Part shown: positions 47,466 to 61,300 of the stretch, piece by piece | Position numbering within the stretch: the first letter of the stretch is position 1 | Layout: each line of letters begins with the position of its first letter | NCBI GenBank assembly: GCA_019057815.1 | Contig: JAHLWR010000013.1 | Coordinates: forward strand, 1-64,000 | Source of the DNA: Candidatus Heimdallarchaeota archaeon | GTDB taxonomy: Archaea; Asgardarchaeota; Heimdallarchaeia; Heimdallarchaeales; Heimdallarchaeaceae | Reading direction: 5' to 3' | Length of the DNA stretch: 64,000 nt | Position numbers and translations under genes: made by a program | The notes under the pieces: model-generated | Seen by the model: only the letters and a program-made list of their open reading frames with translations | What the model was told of the DNA's origin: nothing | Databases searched by the model: none

Positions 47466-47486
47466 ACTATTTTAAATTAAAATAGT
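47466..47486. promoter_or_regulatory. Perfect 10-bp inverted repeat overlapping the presumptive TATA box of tRNA-His
   Basis: ACTATTTTAA-A-TTAAAATAGT, 8-28 nt upstream of the tRNA. Confidence 0.4.
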
Positions 47487-47493
47487 AAAAAAC

Positions 47494-47583
47494 GCTCCGA
47501 TAGTATAGTCGCAGAATTGAGGACTGTGGTTCTCTTTGAGCAGACATCCTTAGGCGCCGGTTCAAATCCGGCTCGGGGCACCA
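47494..47583 (+). tRNA. tRNA-His(GUG) with 16-nt canonical intron (47530-47545) and encoded CCA
   Basis: Acceptor GCTCCGA/TCGGGGC; anticodon stem GAGGA/TCCTT; GTG at 47526-47528; BHB (helix CTGT/GCAG, bulges GGT and ACA); T-arm GCCGG-TTCAAAT-CCGGC; discriminator A; weak D-arm. Confidence 0.85.
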
Positions 47584-47680
47584 ATTATTTATTCTCTAAT
47601 GAAATTAGAGTGAATTTGATGCTTTTTTAAATGGCGTAAGAATTGGACGTAAAAAATTCTGAATTCAAAAACTTCTGCAG

Positions 47681-47686
47681 AAAAAG
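47681..47686 (-). terminator. T-tract terminator of the permuted 5S transcript
   Basis: Minus strand CTTTTT shortly after the 3' arm of the terminal helix. Confidence 0.4.
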
Positions 47687-47706
47687 TTCGTCTTTCTCTC
47701 AACAGT

Positions 47707-47831
<125 letters not shown>

Positions 47832-47905
47832 TCCTGTGCATCCGGAACGCGTCCAGATACTTACTGACATCGTTGAGATGTGACTAACTGGGAGAAAGGT
47901 TGTTT

Positions 47906-47923
47906 CCTTAAAAACATTTCTTT
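47906..47923 (-). promoter_or_regulatory. Putative BRE/TATA promoter of the permuted 5S gene
   Basis: Minus strand AAAGAAATGTTTTTAAGG, implying a start near 47885, just ahead of the new terminal helix. Confidence 0.45.
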
Positions 47924-48062
47924 TAACACTATTTAGTGCAAGAGTTTAAAGCTATTTTTAGACGATTCTAAGAGAATTTAAGTTAGTATTTCACTTTTCG
48001 AACAATACAACATCAATAGCGAACATTTAAAGACACGAGCAATTTATTTTAAACCAGCTTAG

Positions 48063-48545
48063 GTGTTTTGCATGACTTGGTTAGATGAAGTTATTCTTGG
48101 AGGAACATTTGATCATCTTCATCTTGGTCATAAAGCGGTATTAGAGGCAGCAATAAGTATTTCTAAATATGTTAGAGTTGGAGTAACATCTGATATTTTC
48201 GCCAGAAAAATGCGTAGAAATGATAAATTTATTCATCATCTTCAGCCTTTTAAAAAAAGAGAAAGAAATGTTCAACTATTTCTTGAAGAACGAGGATGTC
48301 AAAAACATCGAACAATGAAAATTCATGATAGATATGGTCCTGCTTTAACAGATCCTTATATAGAGGCTATAATAGCTACAGAAGAAACCTACCCTACAGC
48401 AGTAGAAATCAATAAACTGCGAAATTTAAACGGCCTAGATCATCTACTAATTCTTGTAGTACCTTTTGTTTACGATGAAAAAGGAATTATAATTAGCTCT
48501 AGAAGAATTAGACAACAGCTTGGAGAAAAGGCTAAAAAAGAATGA
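48063..48545 (+). CDS. coaD: Phosphopantetheine adenylyltransferase, archaeal/eukaryotic type
   Basis: GGTFDHLHLGH, GVTSD, IHDRYGPA, ATEET, INKLR, ISSRRIR. Confidence 0.9.
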   Translation: MFCMTWLDEVILGGTFDHLHLGHKAVLEAAISISKYVRVGVTSDIFARKMRRNDKFIHHLQPFKKRERNVQLFLEERGCQKHRTMKIHDRYGPALTDPYIEAIIATEETYPTAVEINKLRNLNGLDHLLILVVPFVYDEKGIIISSRRIRQQLGEKAKKE

Positions 48546-48609
48546 AATTCTAGGGAATAATTACCCAACTAAGATAAGGAGTATTCTGAAAAGAATTCTA
48601 GAAGATTTA

Positions 48610-49143
48610 TTAAGCAATCTTTTTCTCAATGCTTCGTAAAATAGCTTCACCCATGGATAAAAATGCATTAGGAACATTGTCTCCGGTCTTAGCAGAAGTT
48701 TCGATAAAACCAATCATACCATTGTCTTTAGCAAATTTTTGGCCTTCTTCAGTAGAGACATCACGAAGATCCTCAAGATCGATTTTATTACCAGCTAACA
48801 TAAGCATGATGCGAGGGCTTTCAGAGCGAGCTTCGTTGATCCAAGTTTTAAGGTTGTCAAAAGATTGACGACGAGTAATATCATAGGTAACTAAGGCACC
48901 CAAACTACCTTTAAAGAAAATTTGGCGCATAGAAGCAAAACGATCTTGACCAGCAATATCCCAAAGTTGTAAACAAACCTTAGTGTCACCAATATCAGCA
49001 AAAAACGAATATGGCTCCATACCTATGGTCATTAGGTATCCTGACTGAAATTTTCCATGTATAAATCTCTGCACTAGTGATGTTTTTCCTACTGCTCCAT
49101 CTCCTAGTAGTAGCATTTTGAAAGTATATTTGTAGCTTACCAT
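48610..49143 (-). CDS. Rab-like small GTPase
   Basis: GDGAVGKTS, TIG, LQLWDIAGQDRF, YDIT, GNKIDL, ETSAK; no prenylation motif. Confidence 0.95.
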   Translation of the reverse strand: MVSYKYTFKMLLLGDGAVGKTSLVQRFIHGKFQSGYLMTIGMEPYSFFADIGDTKVCLQLWDIAGQDRFASMRQIFFKGSLGALVTYDITRRQSFDNLKTWINEARSESPRIMLMLAGNKIDLEDLRDVSTEEGQKFAKDNGMIGFIETSAKTGDNVPNAFLSMGEAILRSIEKKIA

Positions 49144-49371
49144 TTTTTCTTCCTACTGAGTTCTTATCTTGCATTAGTTCTTTATTGTTTATTAGTTTTT
49201 CTTTGTTTTCTGTTCTTTTTATCTTTTTTCCTCTCAGCCTTCTTTTTTACTGAGCTAACCAGTGTATCACTAAAAGTATATTTTTCTGGGAGATTTTGTT
49301 CTCTCTCCCCCTTACCTCAATTCTTGTTCTCTCTCTTCTTTAAACGTGACATGTTTTTCCTTTTTTTTTCT

Positions 49372-52300
49372 TTAGATATAATCTCTAATCACTTTACGGA
49401 AGTTTATACATGCTGCAAACATTCGAGCAAAGTCTATATCTGTGTTATAATATCCTTCTCGCACTTCCTTCATCAAATTATTAATGAAATTTCTGACACT
49501 TTGTCTCAATTCTAACCTTGTTGTTAGTCCTCCTATTTCCATGATTGTTTTGTATGCTGTTATAAGACTATATTTTGCATATAACTTTACATAATCCACA
49601 TGATCTAATGTATATATCCTATCTATTTCGACTTGTGTAGAAATTATATCATAGAGTTCTCTGAATATCTTTTCTTCTTCTTTTATGGATATCAAGTTTC
49701 CATTTTCATCTTTTTTCACTGTTAATGGAACTGGCATTGCTTTTCTGTTTTCAATTATGTCTTTAATGACGCTTAAGACTATTTCTTCAATACTTCCGTC
49801 AACTATTTCTCCCTCGTTTTTCATTTTTGTTATGTAGTTTTCAATAAATGCTTCTGTTATCACATTTACTTCTTGATTCTTACTTTTCTTGTTTCTTGTA
49901 TTTATCATCCATTCAGTATGGAGTTTGTCCCAGATTTTTCTATAATTTGCAATAGATGAAGGTAAAGTGAAAATGAAACGTTCAAATTTATATTTCGTAT
50001 AGTCTACTGGTTTTATTTGTCCGTAATCTGTCATTATTTCAAAAAGTTCTAAAGCGAATTTCATAATTACAGTCAAAATATCATTTAACCCTTGACTTCT
50101 ATCATTTTCCGCTACGATACTCCTTGTAATATAGGTTAAACTATTAATTCTTACTGTTCTTGACTGTTGAAATACAATTTTTAATACATCTACTAAATCA
50201 TTTATTGATATTATCTTATTAATTCGATTATTAGCTCTTTGATAATTGATTTTATTTATATACATACATCCTTCAATTAATGCTTCTTTTAGTTCTGGCA
50301 TTGATTGTAATAATATTCTTCCACCGTCAGGACTCTTTAAATTAACTAGCTCTAAGCCATATTTAATCTGTAGATTTTTGTTCCACAAATTTTGTAAATC
50401 AACTCGATATTCTATACTATTCCTTTTACCTATCAGGGTTTCTAAAGCGTTTATTAGAGATGAAAGAGATAAGTATAAGGCTTTATTACCCTCACTATCT
50501 TCTGTAAATCGTACTGCTAGGAATTTTGTTGCATCTTGTTTCGGTGTCAAGTTTTTTATTGTGCCATCTTCTTTAATTACATCTTTCCCTACATCCAAAT
50601 TTTGTTGAATAAGTTTATTGATAGCTTCTATTTTCGACTGATCTATAAGACTGTTGGATTGATATTTTAATATATCATTAATATATATTATTGTAGTCCC
50701 ATCTGCCGATTCACCTATAGAATCTTTGAAACTAAGTTTATTTATTGCTGTTATAACATTTGTTAAATCATATTTGTAATCTCCTTGGGGACTCGCTCTG
50801 AATGTTACTTCTACGACAAATCCCCTCCCGTTGGAGTTTTGTATTGTATTTTGTATTGAGAAGACATAACTTACTTTTTCTTGTCTTATGTTTTTATAAT
50901 AAAGTACCATATTCTTGATTATTTGAACAGCTGAATGTATAGCAGAACCTACTATTCTGACATTAGTCGTATCTTTGAATCGATTTAAAGTATTACTCTG
51001 ATCTGAATATGCTTGTGAATATTGTTTTTCCATTGGTTTTGTTAACATGTCACTTTCTAGCAGTTCAATACTCGGATTTATCACTGTTCTTTCAATTGCT
51101 CCCATTAACATTTTATATTTTTGTTCGCTGTTTTCCATTGTTTTTATATCGTCTCTTATTGATTCGTATTTACTGTTACATATATCCATATACGTTCTGA
51201 AATCGTCTATTTTTGTCATTGATGTTAATATTTCCAAATAATTGCTAATGTGTGGGGAATAATTTGGATTAGATTTTGGTAACAATGCTGTGTTAAAAAT
51301 TTCTAATTCAAAATTAAGACACACATCACCTAGAGGCTCTGTTGTTTCTCCATTCAATAGCTTGTCCTCTAATCCCACTGCTAGTGTTTTAATAATATTT
51401 CCTTCGTTTGTGTCTTTAAAGTTCCCGTTACTCTTTTCATAAAATACTGACGCTATTGGTGGATTTGTTAATAGATCCTCTTCATTTTTGTATTCATTTT
51501 TGATCTTATCTTTGAGATCTGTAAAGGTATTTGCTACTAATGTAGTTCCATCCTTTTTAATGATGTAGTATCTGTTGTATTTTACTCCGTCTTTGTTAAA
51601 CTGTGCATGAAAAATGGATGAACTTAACCATATTTCTTTGTTGTTCGGATAATGTAAATCTACAATGTTTGATTTAGCTACTGACGATGAAAACATTCCT
51701 GTATATGCTGAGAGTTTTATTGTATCAGCTACTTCTTCTCCTGTGCCTGTGTCAGTAAAAGTTATTGTCTTTTTATATTCTATTGTTCCATCTCCTTTTA
51801 CGATCTTTATTCCTTCAAAGATCTCTATTTCTGCAGTGTGTTTCATCTGTTCCGCTACTTGTTTATGGTTAAAGTACGATAAACTATCTTTCTCTGATTT
51901 TATACTATACACCACTTCTGTTCCATCATCTAGTTTAAAAACTATAAACCCATTTTCATCTACTTGTACACTTGGTTCTTTCTGGAATAAAGCTATTATA
52001 CTTTGTTTCAAAACCCATTTTTTAAGGAGAAGACCTAAATTAATATTTAATTCATCACTTTTTTCTTCGATTTTTCTCTTAAATTCATCAACTGTAAAAC
52101 TCTTTGTAGAATCTGGATATATTCCAAACGTTTTTTGGAAAGATTCTACTATTCTTCTTATTCCTGCTGTTCCTCCTAATGGTATATCAAAAGTGGGAAC
52201 ATAGTCAACACTGTCTATCTTATCCATTACTCCTAATTCTTCGAAAACCTTTCTTGCCTCCTCAGTCATTCTATCTGTAGTAACGATGTTTGTAGCTTTT

Positions 52301-55300
52301 TTATTAAACCTTAGATGATCTTGTCTCACCTTGTATTCATGGACGATTAAACTGTCTACTTGTAAACATTTGTAGGAAAATACACCTTCATTTTCTTTTA
52401 TAATGAAGAAATACGTTTTTCCCTCACTTGTAGCGTCTGCTCCTGTTGGTGATAATCTTGTTTCTGACTGTGATTTGAATAGTTTGTTAAGTATGTTTTC
52501 TGTATTTATTTTACTTTCTCCTATTAAATTATTTTTTACATCTGTTACTTCTCCCGTCACAGGATTGAGTTCTAGTGACAGAAACGGGTTTCCTATTCCA
52601 GCTATCACTTTTCTTTGTCCTTGTTTGATAATATTACGTATTTGACTTGTCATTCTCGCTTTATAATTCTCCTTTGCTTGGGGACAGTTCATAATGAATA
52701 ATGCCCCTATTAAATCGAGAGTGAGTTGTTGGGTTTCTGCCAAAGCCTTATGACCTATTAAGTAGTTTCGTATTTGTGTTAGTATATACATTCCAAAATC
52801 TAGCATAGAGTGCTCAAAGAGTAGTTGATATTGTTCATTACCAATAGAATTTCCGTCTGCAAAGACCGCATCATTATCGATTTCTTTTTCCATCTTTATA
52901 AATTCTTCAAGTAATTGGTATATTGCTGTATCTTTAATTCCCTCAGATATTGCTATCAATTCCTCTAATTCATCACCACAGATTTTCTTATTGATTGACC
53001 CATCATCATTTAAAGCTACACCTATTGTTGCTTTAGCAAGTATTTTCTTAATATTATCTTGGGCATTAATTAGTAACAAAGTCTGGTAAAATCCTGATTC
53101 TTGTATAGTATCAGGATCTATTTTTAGATTGATTTCTTCTGAACCCATTTGAATTTTGAGAAAGGTATCTCCGTTTACCTTTTCCAGTTTCATTAATTTA
53201 GTCAATTTTTCAGCGTTATTTTCACCATCTAAAAATTTAATAAAATTAGTAGCAAATCTATTCACAGCCTTAGCTGGTTTTAACAGGTCGTCTACGGTAA
53301 TCTCAAAGTAATCTCGTATTATTCTGACATCTTCATCTGATAAATTAGTTATTTCACCAGATTTCACTTTATTTAAAAGATCAATTCCGTCTTGTTCTGT
53401 AATAAGGTTGTGGAAATGTGGTCGTAATTGTAACATTTCCATTTTAGCTTTGAGTTCTAATTCTTGTGCTATCCGATTTCTATTATCTTCGTCGAATCTA
53501 AATTCGTCTAGAGTAGGTTGTCTACCGTTTGTTGTTAGTAATAGTTTTTGTACAAGTGATTGTGTAACAGGAGGTTCATAGTGATCTAAATCCTCTAAAG
53601 ATTCAGCTCCACCATAATAAGCTAAATCATTTAATATGTCGGCTGCAGGACCTAAATCATACATCCATTCCATCATCGAATGGAACCAATAATTGTGGGC
53701 AAAAGCTTGTAAGAATTTGTAAGAGCTGGTTCCTTGAGTTTTTTGTGTAATGAGAACAATTCTTTGTGAAGACATCCCTTTAGCTTTAAGTAAGAGAGAC
53801 ATAGCACTCCACATGAGTTGTTCTTTCAAACCCATTACAGTCCCTAAAAGTGTTGTATAGATCGTTTGAGGCCAAAATATTCCCCATTGTAGAAAACTTC
53901 CAACAAGTTTTGTACCAAACTCCAATAACTCTCTAGTACCAAATTTGAAAGTATTACCTAATTCTAAACTACTAAGAGCGTTTTGAGGGCTAAGTTTTTC
54001 GATATATTCTAATAACATTCTGTCAGATTGTGACCATGATGAGGGATTATCAAAATCAATATTTTTACCAACAGCCTCTTTCTTCCAGAACTCCCATTCT
54101 TTTGTGTTTTTGATTTTTTTGCTTAAAAGATCTTGAGCTTGATGTGAGGGTTCATCGATGTCACTTAAGACCATTAATATGTCCCCAGGAATTTGAGAGA
54201 TAGCCAAACCTCGAAAGAAATTGTTAGGATCGAAAATAGCGTCACGAACATCTTGCCATAAAGCTGTAATTGAGAAACGAGCAAGAAACATTTCCATAAT
54301 TGTCATGAAAGTAGATTCTTTAAGACCTGTGCCTAAATTAATTCCAGGGATAACAAAGTTGTCACTCATTCCAAAAAACATTTCATAACTAATTTCATCT
54401 TCGGCACCTATCACTTTGTAAATAACAATATCAGCAGATTGATTCAAAGAGTCGGGGTTTCGGACATCATTAGGGTTGGTAACACCTAATTTCTTTGTGT
54501 TAGGAACATAAACAGTGGAAATATTTGCACCTAGACTATCCGAGATTACAACACTAAAACCTGTTTTTCTTAGAACTTCAGCAATATATTTGACTTGGGC
54601 TGCCTCATTACCTCCAATGGCGACACCTTCAGATTTTGCTATTTCGTTAGCAATAGTCTTTAAATAAACCATAAAGAGGTTCTCACCACCAAAATTATAA
54701 TTTTCGCGGTTATGAGCTCTATAATTTAGATGAAGTAACATATCAGCGTTGGATTGAACATAGGGGTATTCTTCTTTGGAAACTATCCCAGTACAACCTC
54801 CAATATGAAATACCCATTCTAGTAAGAGAATAAAACGGAGTAAGTAATAATATTTTTTCTCTGCCCAATCCGTAAAGTCCCCTTTTAATAATGAACCTAA
54901 AGTGCGCATGAAGTCATTAAAGCTTAATTCTCCTGTCAAAAACGATTTTAATAAGTTAAAGATTGCTGTGATTTTTTGCCAGAAATTAATGAAAGAAGTC
55001 TTAATTCTATTACCCCAACTAATGAGGAAATCTTTAGTTTTACTAAATACTACTTTAGCAGAAACAAGAACGTTTCTAAAGAATTGTAAAATGTATTTTC
55101 CAGGATTGCTAAAGAACTCTACAATTTTAGCTTTGAGTGTATTAAACATTGCACTTAATCCTGAAGCTATCCAGTTTGGTCCTCCTGTCATATCTAAGAT
55201 GACCATCCCAACGAGCATTATTCCCGCAATAATAAATGTTTTCTTGACTATGAAGGTTAGAAAACGACCTTGTATGTTACCGTATAACATGAGTCCGCCT

Positions 55301-58300
55301 GTGAGTAACATTATTGAACCGAGTATAGCATATATGTGGAAGTGTTCGTCCGCGTTTTCTATCCATCTATCTAATAATTCTCCGCTCTTAAGAACATCGA
55401 TAAATTGTTTAAGAGGACAGTAGAAGTTGTATCTGAGATAGTTGATAAAGTTGTTCCAAGATGATTTAACAAACTGTAGAAAAGCACCTTCCCAATCATA
55501 ATTAAGAAGATAATCTTCTAACGTTTGTTGAGCATAGAGTAGACTTTGAGGAGTGACAGTTCTTTCATCTGGAACGACATAATCGTAAGAGAACAGTTTG
55601 AGCAAAACTTGTGAAGTGAAAATAAAGTTACCATCATAATGATTGTTAAATTCAACACTAAGAGAATTAAGGAAATGAGCAATATACATTCCATTATAAA
55701 GCACATGTAATTCTTTAGTAAGAAGGTTAATAGTAATAACTCTATCTTGTAAGGTGATACGAAATTGTGTAGTATTAAAACCTTCTACGTTGTTATCAGT
55801 GATATTAAGTACTAAGTAATCGATTGGACCAGTGTTATAGTGTTCATCAAAGAGATTCCAATATTCTATGTTAATAACATCATTCAATTCTAAAGTTGTA
55901 CCAACAGAAGTGATTTCCATTGTATAACTGTTTTCTTGAACAGCGAGTAGGTCGTGGTTAATACTAGTGTCTCCAGAGGTTGTTGCAGTGTATAATTTAA
56001 TATTTTCTAAATCCTGTGTTTGAAGGTTTTTAACTTCTAGATTGTTAATAGATTGATAATTGCTTTGTGTTGTTGTAGAACATGGTACCATCTCTTGTAG
56101 CTCTACTTTTTGTATTTGGATTTCATGGTATTCATGAGCAGTATTTTGATCGTAAATATATCCAAAGACAGCATAACCTATACCATCCGTTTCATCATAA
56201 TCAGCAACACCTATCCAGACGATTTTAACAGTGTGAATAGCTAAACCATCACAATAAAAATAGGACATGAGATATTTTTTACTAGAGTATGAACGACGGG
56301 CAATATCTACAGGAGCATAAGTGAAAGTGTTTGTTCCTCCCGTGTATTCGTCAAGAGCGAGAAATATTCTTCTTTGTCCTAATTTATCCATAAGATCTAT
56401 GTGATAATCTGTAGGTTGAGCAACAAGTGAGATAAATTCATTGATACCTTCGATAGAAAGGGTGAAGTTGAGAGAGTTGTAAGCATTTAAGTCATTTAAC
56501 ACAAAAACAAACGTGTGGAATCCAGCTGTGTGCCATGTGGTAGAAATATCATCGCCATTGTATGTGTTTGTTAAATCATAAGGTTTCATAGTAAACTGGA
56601 AATTACCATTTGCATCAGCTAACAAAAGTTCATTTCTGAATGATGAAGCATTGAAATCGTTAGGTTGACGAATAAGGAAACCATCAATGTAAATTGCTAA
56701 GAAACTAGAAAGATTGAGGTTGGAATGTAAAATATACTGCAAATCGGGAGTGATTTCGGTTAAATGTCTAATTGTTGTGCTTACAACAATCTGAGTATCG
56801 TTAGAGTAGAAACCTGAATCTATTTGTCCTAATTCTTCTATTGTACCATAATCTGTGATGGAGGAATATCCAAGTGCCATGTCATTGTAAGTGATGTTGT
56901 TAAAAATTACATCGCCTGCTAAAGGAACAGCTTTCTCGAACCATTCTGTCAAGAAGTAAGACATGGAATAGTTACTATAGATTGGGATATATTCTCCGTT
57001 CCACTCTGGAATATCTATATCTCCATTTCTGAAATATTCTCCTGTTTTATCGATATAAATATCGGGATTAGAGACCGTCCATTCAGGAATAAATGTGAAG
57101 TTGTTCGAATCCAATACTGTCTTCATCGAATCTTTGAGTAGGGTAAAGGATTTGTCAAGAACAATGTTAACTTTGAAGAAGGGTTGATAATCGTTGAAAG
57201 AACTATCATTGAAAGTCGTGTGATGGATTCTAAAAATAAAAGTATGATAACCACCGTAAAGATTGTTTAAAGGTATCTTAATTTCCTTTTCTTCATATTT
57301 ATTGGCAACATCATAAGAAAATTGATAAGAAACAGGATTATCTATGCTAAATTCAACATTAGTATTGATAATTAACGTTCCTATTGATTCTTTTTCTGTT
57401 AGTACAGTGAAAGTCATATCGAATGCAAAAACGTCTGCAAAAGTGAGGTTAAGTCTCTCTTTGAGATTAATGTACCCCAAATCATCTGAAAGAATAGGTT
57501 GCCATGTACTATCAGTATTGAGTAATGCACTTGGCGTGTTTTCAGAAGGATTGATAGTTGGAAGTATAGCATATAGATTAAAGCCTTTTAGTTCACTTGA
57601 TCCTGCAGAACAGGAGAGAGTATAATGTGTACCATCAACATAGAAATCTTTTACTTTTACTACACTATAGAAATTACTTATGTAATCATAAGGATTAGTA
57701 ACATCTAGTAAGTTTAAGGATTGTTCTGTCCCTACTTGTGTTGCACTAATGTATGCAATAAGGTTCATAAAATTCAACGAGAAATAATGCCAATCATTGT
57801 CATCTTTAATAGGTACAGCATATTCAATATGATGATAACCAGAATAATTTGTATCGTTTAAATCATAAGGATCGAAATTTGTAGATGTGAAATATAAATT
57901 GGCGAGAATTATCTCTAAATTAAGATTCTTCTCGTAATAGTTATAATCTTCCATATATGAAGCTTGGAGAGGTAAAGTTACTGTAAGTACATCTCCTTCA
58001 GCTATCTTATAATAGAATTCCAGACTATTTACTAGTGTAACATCGACACTTTCAACTGAAGGTATATCTATTAGATCCACTGAATATTTGGCATCAGATG
58101 GAAGAATATCAGGATTTGATGGGCTTGTATAGAGGAAGTTTGTTATCGTTTTGACTTTTCCTAAAGCTATTTTATCGAATTCTACTATATTATCGAAGTG
58201 GAGAGTGTATTTATGTAATCCTACAATGGAAAAGTCATCTAAGATGATAATAACAGGATGATTGGTTGTAAAAGCGTTATAATCTATGCAACGATAACCA

Positions 58301-61300
58301 AGGAATTGATCATCATCTCCATATACAGAAATATTAACAGGACCATAAAGAGGGTTAACAATTAATTGTAAGATTCCTTTACGTGCAAAATAATCCTCTG
58401 AAAAGGTGAAAAGGCCATTATCATCAACATTGTATGACCACCCTTCTAAGTCCTTATACGAAAAGTCCGAATTAATTACACCTATACTAACTTCTAGAAG
58501 GTAAAGAGTACCCGTGGTAGTTGACATAGAAACATGATAAGTATAACCTATGTCTATGTTAATGGTAGTTCCATCATACTCCCACTTTTCTTCTTTTGTA
58601 CCATCGTCTATGAATAATACTTGATAAGAGGAGTTGAAGTTGAAGGTGAGAGTGTAAATGTGTCCTGAATAGATTTGATAGTCAAGTGATTGATTATCAA
58701 AGTATAAAATGTTGTCCCTTATTTCAATATTAAAGAGTTCATTATCATTGTGAGTTGTAGTAAATACAGCATTTGTTGTATCATTGGCTATGAATGTTGT
58801 TGTAAAGGTTCCTAAACTTTCTGTATAATTACCCATAATAAAGGAGTTGCTAATGGAAGAATTGAACATTTTAAGACTATATTCTGTTTCTCCCTTTAAC
58901 CAATAACTGATCTCTCCAGCACCTTGTAATCCTCTTCCATGAGAATAAGTAAGAGGAGAAGTGTAAAATTTCCCGTTTCTAATCTCTTCAATGTAAACCA
59001 TGGTGTTTTCTGTCTGTATGAAAAGTTTGACTTTTGTACCACCATTAAGGTGAGGTTTCATGAAATTATTATGATAAAAGATTTCTTCAACTATAGATTG
59101 TCCCATATCATCTTCACTATATATACTGAAGACTACATCAGAATTTTCTTTTATTTCAATACGAATCTTAAATATCTCATCATTTTTACTAGCTTGATCA
59201 TCAAAGTAAACATGAGCAAACTCTCCTAAAATATCATAACCAAATCCACCTAAATCCCAAGCGAGAGCACATGTATGACCTAGATCGTTCATTACACCAA
59301 TATATACTCTTCGGGTGGTCTGGGTGTCCCAAACATTTTGGAAAAGATTTGATAAGGTAACAAGATAATTAACATCTTTCATATCAATATAATTTGTGCT
59401 AATTTGTCCATCGACCCATAAACCGTCTATTGACATGTAAGTATGACCTGAATCTAATGAAATATAATCACCTGTTTGTTCAGGACTGGTTGGATATATA
59501 ACTAAACTATTATAGAAGAAATTAGTCCTATTAGAATAAAAACCGATATTTGATGCTTGATAACCTTGAACAGTTACACTAGTACTCGTTGCGAACCATC
59601 TTGTAGCCATACCATATTCTCCATCATTAGCTTGTTGCATGGCTCTAACTTCATCCCATTCGCTTATACCAAAAACTCTGTAACATTTGGCATAGATATC
59701 ATATCTTACTTGCCCACTAGGGGTAATAGTTTTAACAATAGTAAGTTTGAGAGGTTGTAGATTCATGTTGTCTACAGAATTAGGTCCAGGATCTATACTA
59801 TTACCTAAATTAACTATTTTTTGCTCGAAAAGGAGTGAATAAGTGTCACTAGCACCTTGATATTGCATTATAACCAAATAAAGAGGATAAGTATAATCGA
59901 TGTCTTCTACAACTTTGAAACCTATGAACAAACCATCATAGAATGAATTAGCTATATTTTCAGTAGGTAATTCCAACATCATTCCTGCAACATCTGTTCG
60001 AATATCTCCTTCGATCCAAGTACTTGGTTGCACAGACATTTCTAGTTCGAAAATAGTATTTTCATATGGGTGTGTGTCGAGGAACGCTGCCCCAGCACCA
60101 CGTAGCATGTTATATGCATCACTATAGGAAAAACCGCCTTCTATCATTTGTAAATAAGTGTCAATATTTTCTTCAGGTGAATCGAAATAATAGACTTCTC
60201 TTTGCATATCAGTATTTTTTTCTATGAAACTTATACCATAAATTGCAGTAAAAGTCTCGTTGAGTTGGAGGATAAATCCATTTATGCTGTTGTTTACCCC
60301 ATAATCTGCTAAGCATTTTTCATCATATATGTTAAAATCAATAGTTTCATTGTCAATTATAACATTAATATAATTTGAAGCAGACAAACTTATTTGCTCA
60401 TATTCTTTAGAGAAACTGAAGGTTTTTTGTAATGTGATTGGACCATGTAAGAGTAAGGCTCCAAATACATTATCAAATGAGGGAGGTTCTAAATAGAATT
60501 GCATAAAGATTTGTAGTAACACAGAACTGTCAATAGTGTTAATAAAACTAATAGGCGAATCTACAAAACCTGAAATCCAATAGTTATTAAACATTAATGG
60601 ATTTGTTAGTTCTAAACCTTGATGTATTGTAATATTATACTCTACACCTTCTTCATTATGGTAATATGCTAACAATTTTCCACCATATCGTGGCATGGCT
60701 GTGTAATTCACTAACCATGAAGGATTGTAGGGTTGTAATCCAACCATTTCTCCCTCGGTTGTTATGTTAGTTTCTATATCTGTTGGGATAACGTCGGGAA
60801 CTACGGTGTTGTTGATAACTTCTCCAAGATATTTTCTAACAATGTCTCCATCAATCGGATTGACAATTCCTTGGTCATCTATTCCTTTACCAAAGGGTTC
60901 TGAACCAGCCCAGAATAAATTATTACCTCTCTCTATCCATTCTTGGAGCAGATATTTTTCAAATGGACGTCCATAATCATCATAGTAATAATATTTCTCT
61001 AGGAGTTTAGTAGGAAGTTCATCAAAAACTACCAAAATGTACTTTTTACTACTAGTTCGTAAGGTGTTTTTCATCCAATTCGGGAAATTTGCATCTTCAG
61101 AATAGTAATAATAAATAGGAACATCAGGATATTTAGCCTTGAAAAAACTTACAGCATTTAGTTCTTGCTGTTCTCGGGTAGGAGTGATGGCAGAACCTAT
61201 AAGAAAAACAATAGCTGTATCAATATTGTTCGCATAACCAATATCTGCATAGCTGTTTTCGTTACTTTCTTCAGTATGTAAATAATTGTACTTAGCTATC

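Noticed and set aside
54870-55500. Prophage tape-measure gene
   Set aside because: Only a local aromatic periodicity; no capsid, terminase, portal or integrase genes in the window.
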